A DNA stretch of 64,000 bases from an uncultured Verrucomicrobiaceae bacterium (GCA_964473925.1 CAYYVW010000001.1:162155-226154); one strand, 5' to 3'. Shown: positions 1-8,022, counted from the stretch's first letter. Numbers and translations: made by a program. The notes: a model not told the origin generated them from the sequence alone.

Positions 1-9
1 GAAAGGCAA

Positions 10-348
10 ATGCACAGCACGCTAATCGCCGTTGCGGGTTCAGATATCGATGCAAAAGATGCTAGCGCGTTCTTTGAAGGGATATCTAAAGGGTTGAAAG
101 AACCTTTTGTAAGTGAGTCAGGCAATCCAATTTGCCGCTTACCAAAAGAACATCTTTACCGAGAAATGTTCACCCATGCTCAAGCAATTGAAAAGTTGCC
201 TACTAGAAAAGCAGTGCATGCCTATCTATGCAAAAAACTAGGAGCGGCGCTTGTGGGCGATTTAGATGCATTTAATAAGCTTTGCTTTCGCATCGGTCTC
301 AAAGCAGGAAAGCAAGGAAGGCCTAAAAAGAGGACACGAGAACAGTAA
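10..348 (+). CDS. Hypothetical protein of the element, basic C-terminus (GRPKKRTREQ); frame is open to position 1, so it may be 5'-truncated by the window
   Basis: ORF track. No stop codon in frame between position 1 and the ATG at 10. No family recognised. Confidence 0.4.
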   Translation: MHSTLIAVAGSDIDAKDASAFFEGISKGLKEPFVSESGNPICRLPKEHLYREMFTHAQAIEKLPTRKAVHAYLCKKLGAALVGDLDAFNKLCFRIGLKAGKQGRPKKRTREQ

Positions 349-474
349 ATCAGGGTCCTCAATGTTTCCGCCTAGTTGAGTTAATTAGAGCGGCATGAAA
401 GTATATCTCTCGATACACAGCAGGCAATTTGCCTGCGCCTCCACTACGCACTTCGGTTCAGCAAGGAGGGTCTC

Positions 475-759
475 ATGAACGAGATCAAACTCCTCGCCGA
501 ACTGAAACTGCTTGAAGGCACGAGCAGCATCAAAGCGCTCGCTGACTTAACCGTTGGCTTACCGAGCGGTGACCTCACCATTCGCGGCCTGCGTGTTATC
601 CATCAGCCAAGCAAAGAGGCCTGGGTAGCCTTCCCTCAATCGTCTTACGTCAAAGACGGTAAACAAATTAATAAAGATATTCTTATTCTCTCGCGCAGCT
701 TGAGAAAAGAAGTCTGTGACCTGGTTTTGACCGAGTATGAACGATCAACTCGCGTCTAA
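475..759 (+). CDS. SpoVG-family DNA/RNA-binding protein
   Basis: IKALADLTV...LTIRGLRVIH...AWVAFPQ...LRKEVCDLVLTEYER aligns by eye with Bacillus SpoVG (MRAIASITLD..VVHDIRVI..LFVAMPS...IQDAVLTEYHR). An AGGAGGG Shine-Dalgarno lies just upstream. Confidence 0.75.
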   Translation: MNEIKLLAELKLLEGTSSIKALADLTVGLPSGDLTIRGLRVIHQPSKEAWVAFPQSSYVKDGKQINKDILILSRSLRKEVCDLVLTEYERSTRV

Positions 760-1648
760 CGGATTCCCGCGCGTCCTGAAAGCCTCTGACGCGCTGGAAG
801 GGGCATACGGCGGTAACAGCCATGCCGGGTGGGTGGAGCCTCAAGCTCCGCCCACCTTTGGCGGGCCTGCCGGAGCCCCCGGTAAAGAGGCTTCCCGGCT
901 TATGCCAGCGAAGGGCTCGCCGCCTTTACTTGACCCTCTTAAGCATAATCGCAACACGGCCCGGCCATGTTCCTGCGGTCGATGGAGTGTGGGGACTCAA
1001 GAGAAGATTGGCTTTCGCTACGTAAGACTCGGCTGCAAACGGTGGACCTGTCCCCGCTGTGGACCTCGTAAAGCTAAACGCGTTAAACACGCGATTATCA
1101 AACAGGCTCAAAGCCAGGATTTACGTCGCTTCCTAACGCTGACATTGGATCCACGCAAATGCACCGCCAAAGAATCCGTTCCATATATCAAAAAAGTATG
1201 GGGAAAGATGCGAGTATCGCTTAAGCGAAAGCTAGGAAGCTCGCCGAGCTTCATTGCAATTCTAGAGCTGCAAAAGTCTGGATATGCCCATCTGCATGTT
1301 CTGGTGAGCTGTTACATTCCACAGCAGTGGATCTCCTCGGCGTGGCAGGGAGTTGGCGGCGGGCGCATCGTTGATATTCGCCATGTCGACGTACACCGCA
1401 TTGTCCCCTACCTGGCCAAGTATCTGACCAAAGAACTGCTACTGACGGAAGTTTCCCGTAAAGCACGTCGCTTTACCACGTCCCGGGATATTCGGCTCTT
1501 TGAAAAGACCACTACAGGAACCTGGACCTTAGTGAAATATCCATTGGAATTATTGCGTCTATATCTTGGCGCGCTGGTTGTTCAAGAGATACCTAGCGCC
1601 GAAGGTGAACTGGATGGATTCATTTCTTTACGAAGGATTGAAGTATGA
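737..1648 (+). CDS. HUH-superfamily rolling-circle replication initiator (Rep) with N-terminal Cys4 zinc motif
   Basis: Three Rep motifs are present: motif I FLTLTLD, motif II (HUH) YAHLHVLV, motif III (catalytic Tyr) VPYLAKYLTKE. A Zn-binding-like pattern CSCGRW...CKRWTCPRCG precedes them. The start is uncertain (an alternative Met lies at MPAKGS). Confidence 0.75.
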   Translation: MNDQLASNGFPRVLKASDALEGAYGGNSHAGWVEPQAPPTFGGPAGAPGKEASRLMPAKGSPPLLDPLKHNRNTARPCSCGRWSVGTQEKIGFRYVRLGCKRWTCPRCGPRKAKRVKHAIIKQAQSQDLRRFLTLTLDPRKCTAKESVPYIKKVWGKMRVSLKRKLGSSPSFIAILELQKSGYAHLHVLVSCYIPQQWISSAWQGVGGGRIVDIRHVDVHRIVPYLAKYLTKELLLTEVSRKARRFTTSRDIRLFEKTTTGTWTLVKYPLELLRLYLGALVVQEIPSAEGELDGFISLRRIEV

Positions 1649-2049
1649 GCACACAGCCCAACATTACGTTACGTGGCTTGCTGCCGCAGCCAGAGCTTCC
1701 CTGTTATGCCTGCCAAAAGGCTTTGCCGATACAAACAACCAAGGTCGGCAAACCTTATCTGACCTGCAATGAATGCGGTATTCAGATATTTATTCGCGGG
1801 AAAGCGGGAATAGCTAGAATTGAAAAATTAAAGGAATTTTGGAGCAAGGAAATTAAACCTTCTCTGGAGATTTGTCTTTTAATTAATCAATTAAAGCAGC
1901 TCAGAGAGCAGCGCGAGCAGTTAAATCCCGGGTTAACGGAAATTTTAGGAGAAAATGAAAAGTTAGCTCACGATCGAAAAATATTGGATAAACAAATCGA
2001 ATTAATTGAGGAAAAAATCAAAAAGGCAGAAATAAGAGGTGCTTTATGA
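1645..2049 (+). CDS. Zinc-ribbon (CxxC...CxxC) plus coiled-coil protein, unknown function
   Basis: CYACQK...(16 aa)...CNECG is followed by a heptad-like K/E/L-rich tail. The start ATG overlaps the Rep stop (ATGA at 1645..1648). Confidence 0.55.
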   Translation: MSTQPNITLRGLLPQPELPCYACQKALPIQTTKVGKPYLTCNECGIQIFIRGKAGIARIEKLKEFWSKEIKPSLEICLLINQLKQLREQREQLNPGLTEILGENEKLAHDRKILDKQIELIEEKIKKAEIRGAL

Positions 2050-2354
2050 GTCTATCGATTAAGGATGTATTTAATGCTCGGAGATTACCGGGACGAATTC
2101 CCAGCGAATTAGCGGCAGAATTATTGGGATTCTCCAAAGTGGATATTCCCGTATTAATTCAGAATAAATTGCTCAAGCCTTTGGGAAAGCCTGTGCCAAA
2201 TGCTCCAAAGCTGTTTGCAACGGTGAATATTCAGGAATTAATGAGTAATTCGGAATGGTTATCTAAGGCAACCAAAGCCCTTTCGGCCTATTGGAAGGGA
2301 AAGAATGATAGGAAATTCCAGAATTCCTCGGAAAGCATGCGAATGGTAGCTTAA
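2046..2354 (+). CDS. Helix-turn-helix, excisionase-like DNA-binding protein
   Basis: IPSELAAELLGFSKVDIPVLIQNKLLKPLGKP resembles an MerR/excisionase-type HTH. ATGA overlap with the preceding gene (2046..2049). Confidence 0.5.
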   Translation: MSLSIKDVFNARRLPGRIPSELAAELLGFSKVDIPVLIQNKLLKPLGKPVPNAPKLFATVNIQELMSNSEWLSKATKALSAYWKGKNDRKFQNSSESMRMVA

Positions 2355-2620
2355 TTCGCCTTATTATTCCGCCGCAATATTCGCAGCGACGCGGCTTCAT
2401 TCGGATAAAGCATGGCAACGGGCACTTTTAAGGCCTTGGCGAGCCCTGCAATTTCAAAATCCGCTACCCACCTCACCTGCGCTTCAATTTTAAAGACAAT
2501 ATCCCGGCTCGCGTCCCAACCGAATAATTGACAACGCACCGCTAATTCCGTTTGCGACATTTTCTGTTGCAAACGGATTTTCTTAACAATTGGGCCAATA
2601 ACGTTTCTTGGCTTAGTCAT
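2351..2620 (-). CDS. XRE-family (HTH_3) transcriptional regulator
   Basis: IGPIVKKIRLQQKMSQTELAVRCQLFGWDASRDIVFKIEAQVRWVADFEIAGLAKALKVPVAMLY is the canonical XRE/Cro-CI helix-turn-helix layout. It is divergent from the cargo operon. Confidence 0.8.
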   Translation of the reverse strand: MTKPRNVIGPIVKKIRLQQKMSQTELAVRCQLFGWDASRDIVFKIEAQVRWVADFEIAGLAKALKVPVAMLYPNEAASLRILRRNNKAN

Positions 2621-2621
2621 G

Positions 2622-2639
2622 AGCGCTGAATTCAGCGCT
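2622..2639. promoter_or_regulatory. Operator 1: perfect 18-bp palindrome AGCGCTGAATTCAGCGCT, immediately followed by TTGACA (2639..2644)
   Basis: Read directly from the sequence; it is self-complementary. It lies 2 nt upstream of the XRE start codon and overlaps a consensus -35 hexamer for the + strand cargo gene. Confidence 0.6.
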
Positions 2640-2668
2640 TGACAATTAATCGAATATTTCCGAATTAA

Positions 2669-2685
2669 TGCGCTGAATTCAGCGA
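2669..2685. promoter_or_regulatory. Operator 2: second copy of the same palindrome (TGCGCTGAATTCAGCGA)
   Basis: The core GCGCTGAATTCAGCG is identical to operator 1. It is centred about 46 bp away and 20 nt upstream of the ATG at 2705. Confidence 0.6.
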
Positions 2686-2704
2686 ACTCAGGAAATTAAT
2701 TCTT

Positions 2705-3142
2705 ATGAGCCTTAAAGATTTGGCATTTAAATATTGGGATGCTACCGGAACCGTAATTGATTTAATCAAAAAGTGGGAACCAGGGGCCTGTAACACGGAA
2801 AAGGATTACGAGGAAAGTCTTTGTAAGTACTTGCATGAGAACTTGAAAGACATTCAGGTTACCAAGCAGTATGCAAATGGCCGATTTAAAGCGGATATAG
2901 TGGTTGGAGATAATGTAATTATTGAAATTAAATACAATTTAAAGACTACCGGGCAATATCAGCGCTTGAGCGGGCAATTACAGAGTTATAAAAGTTGGAA
3001 AGGCAATACGATCTTATTACTCACTGGAACTACGGAGCCAAATTTAAAGAAGCAGGTGATTAAAGATATCGCGGATAATTTTACTGATCAGTTCGGTGGC
3101 ACATTTGGCGGAGCTGATAAAGTGGTTTTGATTGAGAAATAA
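2705..3142 (+). CDS. Small PD-(D/E)xK (restriction-endonuclease-fold)-like protein
   Basis: EKDYEESLCKYLHENL (helix with acidic residue) ... KADIVVGDNVIIEIKYN fits the D-x(10)-E-x-K catalytic pattern of the fold. No sequence family could be named without a search. Confidence 0.5.
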   Translation: MSLKDLAFKYWDATGTVIDLIKKWEPGACNTEKDYEESLCKYLHENLKDIQVTKQYANGRFKADIVVGDNVIIEIKYNLKTTGQYQRLSGQLQSYKSWKGNTILLLTGTTEPNLKKQVIKDIADNFTDQFGGTFGGADKVVLIEK

Positions 3143-3272
3143 ATCGAACCGCGTCTTGGAATTGCCCATGATGCGCTGAGTTTATTTTAAATTCGGTATT
3201 GGTTAATGATAGCCATAACAGCTATTGCCCTTAAAATTGGGTTTCAGCCCAAAGGCAAAACTAGCCATTGTT

Positions 3273-3788
3273 ATGCAGTCAAAACCGTCCTCAGAGATTC
3301 AACATCGAGCTATCCACCCTCAAGTTCGAATCGGCCATGTCCATTTAAAGGTAGCTGACTTGGATCGAGCGCTCGCTTTCTATCGTGATGTACTAGGCTT
3401 CGAAATCACACAACGTTATGGGAGCCAGGCAGCATTCCTTTCTGCTGGCGGCTATCACCATCATATCGGACTGAATACATGGGAAAGCGCGGGAGGATCA
3501 CTCCCACCAGCAAATACCACCGGGCTTTATCACCTCGCGATTCTTTATCCAACACGCGCTGAATTAGCGGATGCATTGCGCCGTCTCATGGAAGGAAAGA
3601 TTCCGCTGGAAGGCGCCTCGGATCACGGCGTCAGCGAAGCTCTCTACTTGCGCGATCCTGATGGAAATGGAGTGGAACTTTATTGGGATCGCCCGCAAGA
3701 ACAATGGCCGCGCACTGCTGATGGCGAACTAGCGATGATCACTGAACCTCTCGATTTGGATGCGCTACTGAAGGAAGCAGTTAATTAA
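3273..3788 (+). CDS. VOC-family (glyoxalase / extradiol dioxygenase-like) protein
   Basis: IGHVHLKVADLDRALAFYRDVLGFEI...YHHHIGLNTW...LYHLAILYP...SEALYLRDPDGNGVELYWD is a tandem VOC beta-alpha-beta-beta-beta module. I prefer the ATG at 3273 over the TTG at 3225 given in the ORF track. Confidence 0.8.
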   Translation: MQSKPSSEIQHRAIHPQVRIGHVHLKVADLDRALAFYRDVLGFEITQRYGSQAAFLSAGGYHHHIGLNTWESAGGSLPPANTTGLYHLAILYPTRAELADALRRLMEGKIPLEGASDHGVSEALYLRDPDGNGVELYWDRPQEQWPRTADGELAMITEPLDLDALLKEAVN

Positions 3789-3889
3789 CTATATCGCTGA
3801 GAATTTCAGCTCAACTTTCCTGAAAAATTCGGACAAGAGGATAATTTAAAAATAAATAGCTTTAGTAAAAGCAGAGAATCATTCAAATT

Positions 3890-5065
3890 ATGACCATTGG
3901 CGTCATAATTGACATGGACGAATTAGATAAACCTCCCAAGGTTCCCCCACAGACCACAAATGATTGGTCTTTTGCTAAGGTTTTTGAATTGTCCGCCAAG
4001 ATTAGCTTGGGAATTGCATTTTTTATTTACGGAATAGGTTTTACCATTTGGTATTCCTATTTAGGCCAATTTGGGGTTTATCCACCGAATCTCCCGCAAT
4101 TTAGTTTCTTATCGGCAGCTTCTTGTTATTTATTTTATATAATCCTGTTTCCATTGCCAGCAGGAGTTTTGATTTACCACCTTCTTAAACCAACAGAAGA
4201 ATCATATAAAACTGCCATTGGAGAACTTATTTTAAGATTATGGTTTGTTCCCCTCGTTTTTTTATCAAATTTTTATTTTTATTATAACCAACCAAAAACC
4301 AATTTATCTTTTAGCGATCCACATATTCGTTTGTTTATTGTCATTGGCATTGTAGGAGCAGCCCATGTTCTTATTTATTGGACAAAGAGATTATGGGGCA
4401 AAAACTCAAACAAACCTCATACCATAGGTTGGGAAAAATGGGTTTTTGTTTATCTGGTATGCTTAACGCTCGGGTCCACATATTTATCGCGGGAAATTCA
4501 TTTACAATTCCTCATTTATACGATTTTTGTACCGCTTTTATTTTTCTTAAAGGAAATAGAAACCCTACAAGATTCTAATAGTTTTTATCATACAGAGCGT
4601 TCTCTTAAAATATTCTTGGTAATAATTCTTATCTCAGCACTTGTTACTCATGTTTACTACTTTGCTATTTGGCAATTTGAATCAGTCCCTAGACGATCTG
4701 GAGGCGGTCGGGCTGCTTTAGTCTTATTGCATCCAAAGCAAGAAATGTCTGAACAGTTAATTAGCTCTCTTGAACTACCTAGAAAGGGACATTTTCTAGG
4801 TCCTGTAAGAATGATTTTGCAGACGGAAAATCAAATTATTTTTTTCTTAAAAGATGAATGGGGAAAAAGCGGCAAAAAAATTGCACGTGCTTTAGATTCA
4901 AAGTTAATTGATGGGATACAATATTTAGATGAATCTCAAATTGAAGAAAATTTGAAAAAACAAACAAAGGAAATGGATCTCACTTGGAGTCAAGAATTAG
5001 ACCCCGCAATTAGTTGGCTCAGAAATCTTGTTAAAGAGACGATATTTGCTGAGTTTGCGAAGTAG
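3890..5065 (+). CDS. Polytopic membrane protein (about 7 predicted TM helices) with a roughly 110-aa soluble C-terminal domain, unknown family
   Basis: Repeated hydrophobic stretches (ISLGIAFFIYGIGFTIWY, CYLFYIILFPLPAGVLIY, LWFVPLVFLSNFYFYY, LFIVIGIVGAAHVLIY, WVFVYLVCLTLG, FLIYTIFVPLLFF, IFLVIILISALVTHVYYF). This is the most AT-rich gene in the window. Its 3' end overlaps the integrase 3' end by 35 nt. Confidence 0.6.
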   Translation: MTIGVIIDMDELDKPPKVPPQTTNDWSFAKVFELSAKISLGIAFFIYGIGFTIWYSYLGQFGVYPPNLPQFSFLSAASCYLFYIILFPLPAGVLIYHLLKPTEESYKTAIGELILRLWFVPLVFLSNFYFYYNQPKTNLSFSDPHIRLFIVIGIVGAAHVLIYWTKRLWGKNSNKPHTIGWEKWVFVYLVCLTLGSTYLSREIHLQFLIYTIFVPLLFFLKEIETLQDSNSFYHTERSLKIFLVIILISALVTHVYYFAIWQFESVPRRSGGGRAALVLLHPKQEMSEQLISSLELPRKGHFLGPVRMILQTENQIIFFLKDEWGKSGKKIARALDSKLIDGIQYLDESQIEENLKKQTKEMDLTWSQELDPAISWLRNLVKETIFAEFAK

Positions 5066-6113
5066 CTTTAAACTCCACAATCTTCCCTTCCCGCTTTGCT
5101 TCATAATATTCCAGCGGCAGAGTCACATTCCGGGCTCGCCGCGCGTAGGCACGATGAACGGCATTGCTGTTATGGCCCAGGTGGGCCATTGCTTCGCGCT
5201 CGGGCATTCCGGCGTTGCAGGCGCGCTCGGCCCAGGCGTAACGGTAGCTATGGAGGGAAATCCCCTTGAGACCCAGGACGAGGCAACGCTTGCGGAATCG
5301 GGAGGCGCGGACCATTTCTTCCTGCAAGTGGAGTATGGGAAAAAGCCAACCCGTTTGCGGTAATTGATCCAAAACGGCTTGTAAGCGCGGGCCAATGACA
5401 AGCGTGGCACCGGCGACACGCTGGCCTTCGAGCTTACGACGTTGATACATCAAAAGCTTTTGCTCCAGATCAACGTTATCGCGGTGGAGACAGGCAATGT
5501 CTGTCTGCGAGCCGCCCGTTTCCCAAAGGAGTTCGTAGTAGAGGCGGTATTCAACGTTTGTTTCAGAATCAATAATGCGTTGATGTTCGTCGGCAGTGAT
5601 GCCGCGCTTTTGTTTGTAAACGATCTTAGGCCAGGCACGTTTGGCGAGGACGGGATTGAGGAGCCAGCCAAGGCCGAGGGCGCGGTTGTGGAGAATGCGA
5701 AGCCAAACGTTCGTCGAAACCCCTGCCCTCGGATGGCGGAGGACAGCGAGCAAGTGCGAACTGTCGGTGTAAACGAGCGGGATGTTTTTGAGCGGGAGGA
5801 ATGGCGGGCTAATAATCACTTTCTTCCAACGCCGCAACGTCGCGCCTTTGTACTGAATCGCCATGTCCTCCATAACATCATTCCACGTCCGCGTGACCAT
5901 TTCGGGAGAGCTGGCGGAGAGGTACGTCTTTGCCATCGACACATTCAAATACGGCTGACTGGCCGCTTGGTTGCGCGCGGCGTGCAATTGCTCGGCAACG
6001 GCCTTGCTGCGGGTCTTCAGGGACTCTTGCTTGGCAGTGAGATTGTCCTGAAGATAGAAGACGCCGTTCTTGCGGCGAAACATGCGGAAGCGGTTTTTCA
6101 CGGGATTTTCCAC
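5031..6113 (-). CDS. Tyrosine recombinase / phage-type integrase
   Basis: C-terminal catalytic region: ...ETGGSQTDIACL..., ISLHSYRYAWAERA, AMAHLGHNSNAVHRAYAR (R...HxxR...H...Y pattern). Adjacent to a tRNA gene. Confidence 0.9.
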   Translation of the reverse strand: MENPVKNRFRMFRRKNGVFYLQDNLTAKQESLKTRSKAVAEQLHAARNQAASQPYLNVSMAKTYLSASSPEMVTRTWNDVMEDMAIQYKGATLRRWKKVIISPPFLPLKNIPLVYTDSSHLLAVLRHPRAGVSTNVWLRILHNRALGLGWLLNPVLAKRAWPKIVYKQKRGITADEHQRIIDSETNVEYRLYYELLWETGGSQTDIACLHRDNVDLEQKLLMYQRRKLEGQRVAGATLVIGPRLQAVLDQLPQTGWLFPILHLQEEMVRASRFRKRCLVLGLKGISLHSYRYAWAERACNAGMPEREAMAHLGHNSNAVHRAYARRARNVTLPLEYYEAKREGKIVEFKATSQTQQISSL

Positions 6114-6311
6114 GAGGAAAATCTATCCGAAAGCCTTAGCCCTCCCTTAGTGGGGGATGACCAAGTCCACGTTAGGTAATGACCGAGTACGTTATCGGTG
6201 CGCTACTTACGCGAACCCTGCTGGCAATTTCGCTGGCAAATGGGCCAGAAAACGCCTTTTGACCGACTTTTTGAAAATGCGGTGACTGGTAATCAAGCAC
6301 TTGCAAAACCT

Positions 6312-6398
6312 CGGACAGGGTGGGATTCGAACCCACGGACCTTTTAAGGGGTCTCTCGATTTCGAGTCGAGTGCCTTTAACCGCTCAGCCACCTGTCC
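6312..6398 (-). tRNA. tRNA-Ser (anticodon CGA), no encoded CCA
   Basis: The reverse complement folds as a cloverleaf. Acceptor GGACAGG/CCTGTCC; anticodon stem CTCGA/TCGAG with loop CU-CGA-AA; long variable arm (GACC..GGTC); T-arm GTGGG-TTCGAAT-CCCAC. Confidence 0.9.
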
Positions 6399-6518
6399 TG
6401 GAAATGGGAGTCGCGCGCGCAGGGTGCTTGCTTAGCGAAAATCAACGGCGGCGTCTACTCTGGAACTTGTTTAACAAACCAATAGACGTCTGCCGGGCAT
6501 TGCGGCATAGCAAAATAA

Positions 6519-7958
6519 ATGCAAATACCGGAACCATACGTAGCGGGCGGAGCGATTGAGAGCACGGCGTGGTCAGCATTTGGTTCGCCATTTGAGGCAG
6601 GCATGAGTTTGATGGTTGTGCCCATCAGCTATCTGGATTCTGTCGGTAAAAGGGGTTGCGATAGGGCAGGCTTGGAATCTGGAATTATTGCAAGCGCGTA
6701 TTTGCTAAGTAACCGAGAAAAGCCAATTGCTCGTTTGAATCTGGTGCCCGCACGGACCGCGCTGGTTTCACGCTTGCAATGCGACATGCAGCATGGAATC
6801 GAATTTTCTTTGGGCGAGGCGCCCGCAGCACCGAGCAGGGCAAGGGTGGTGCAAGCGGATTTTGGGATATCCTATTATTCTACGCAAGGTCCGGCGCAGT
6901 ATGTTGATTGTTTTTTACGAAGCCAGGCCGCTCATCAACCGTTGGGAACGGCTCGTCCGGCTTACACTAAAAGTTGGCCGTCTTTTGATATTCCTGAAGA
7001 ACCGTTCGCTTTGGATGAGGGCGAGGCCCGGGCCCGCTTCTGGTTTGATGACAAAGGTAATCCACAAGCGACAGCTCTTTCGGTGGCCGGTGACACGCAA
7101 ACACTCGTGATACGCTTTGGCTCCAACGGAGAGGCAAAGAAGGCGCGCGTTGTGTCCCAAAGATTGGAATCGGTAAGAAACCCAGACCAGATCTTTGACA
7201 ATTCGACGGGGTATCCGGCTGTTATGGACCCGCAAGCAACTGGAGTGATTTTCGAAGAATGCCGGACTCTCTCCCAGGCGTTGACGGGTTGGCTGGCAGA
7301 GGCCAGCGAGGGCCGCACTGTTGGGGGCGTTAGCATGAGTGTCGCACCAACTCCGCTTGTGCCGGATTTTCATCGGCGGGAGGCGATCGAAGAGAAACAG
7401 GCTGTCCTACGAGAGGCTCTAGCCCCGCAAATGCAAGCACGCGAGCAAGCCAAACAGAGAGCCTTGTGGGAAGCCCGCGCGCCGGAGCGGGCGGCGAGGG
7501 AACAGCGCCAAAAGGAACGGGCTGCGCGCGAAGCAGCCCAAGTCGCAGAGATAGAAGCAAAGCTTCGACAAGAAGAGGAAAAGCGGGCTCTCCTTGCAAC
7601 ACTGATCCGGCTGAGGCAAACGGTAAAAGGAGCTACTCCCCTCAGTCATTCCTTGCCCAAATGGGCGGTTCTTTTGCGAGAGGAAAAAGAAGGAGCAGCA
7701 CAACAAGCCCGGGAAGCCTTGAGACAGCGCCGAAGGGAATGTCATCGAGAATACCGAGCAAATTGCTCTCAACCGCGACAAGAGCGAGCTTACACCTATG
7801 ATTGTGGCAGAGATTACGCGGGCATTGCTTCTGTCCCGGGAAGAAATCTACACCGGAGTATCTCGCTTGCCGTTGACGCCGCCTGCCATCAGGTCGACGA
7901 AATATTTATTCAGCGCGCTCCCTCGACTAGTTTGCGGAATTTAATTGGCCTCGATTAG
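6519..7958 (+). CDS. Hypothetical protein with central E/R/K/A-rich coiled coil; 3' boundary doubtful
   Basis: The first ~300 aa look like ordinary globular sequence. A charged helical stretch follows (REQAKQRALWEARAPERAAREQRQKERAAREAAQVAEIEAKLRQEEEKRA). The last ~70 aa look non-protein-like and overlap a 48-aa HTH-like ORF in another frame (7798..7944). Confidence 0.35.
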   Translation: MQIPEPYVAGGAIESTAWSAFGSPFEAGMSLMVVPISYLDSVGKRGCDRAGLESGIIASAYLLSNREKPIARLNLVPARTALVSRLQCDMQHGIEFSLGEAPAAPSRARVVQADFGISYYSTQGPAQYVDCFLRSQAAHQPLGTARPAYTKSWPSFDIPEEPFALDEGEARARFWFDDKGNPQATALSVAGDTQTLVIRFGSNGEAKKARVVSQRLESVRNPDQIFDNSTGYPAVMDPQATGVIFEECRTLSQALTGWLAEASEGRTVGGVSMSVAPTPLVPDFHRREAIEEKQAVLREALAPQMQAREQAKQRALWEARAPERAAREQRQKERAAREAAQVAEIEAKLRQEEEKRALLATLIRLRQTVKGATPLSHSLPKWAVLLREEKEGAAQQAREALRQRRRECHREYRANCSQPRQERAYTYDCGRDYAGIASVPGRNLHRSISLAVDAACHQVDEIFIQRAPSTSLRNLIGLD

Positions 7959-8022
7959 CCGCCCACTTCCCGCTTGCGCGCGTAGGCGCAGTTTGTAAAA
8001 GTGGGCGGCTCTTTGGGGTCTC

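Larger units (their letters stand above)
1..6311. mobile_element. Integrative element, right-hand portion (left end outside window), abutting the 3' end of tRNA-Ser(CGA)
   Basis: The tyrosine integrase gene (5031..6113, -) starts 198 nt from the 3' end of the minus-strand tRNA-Ser. The element also has a Rep/SpoVG/HTH module with ATGA-overlapping genes and an XRE repressor. The 1.65-5.0 kb segment is visibly AT-richer than the rest of the window (by eye, not computed). I found no second copy of the tRNA 3' segment in 1..5000, so attL is presumably left of the window. Confidence 0.7.

Noticed and set aside
1-5000. Search for an attL direct repeat of the tRNA-Ser 3' end (e.g. GGGATTCGAACCCAC) inside the window
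   Set aside because: No copy was found by eye. The left end of the element is therefore presumed to be outside the window rather than being called at an arbitrary position.
5442-6179. 245-aa + strand ORF
   Set aside because: It is antisense to the integrase gene, which has clear catalytic motifs.
6207-6559. Small ORFs 6207..6392 (-) and 6320..6559 (+)
   Set aside because: Both run through the tRNA-Ser gene (6312..6398). The region is better explained as the tRNA plus flanking non-coding DNA.
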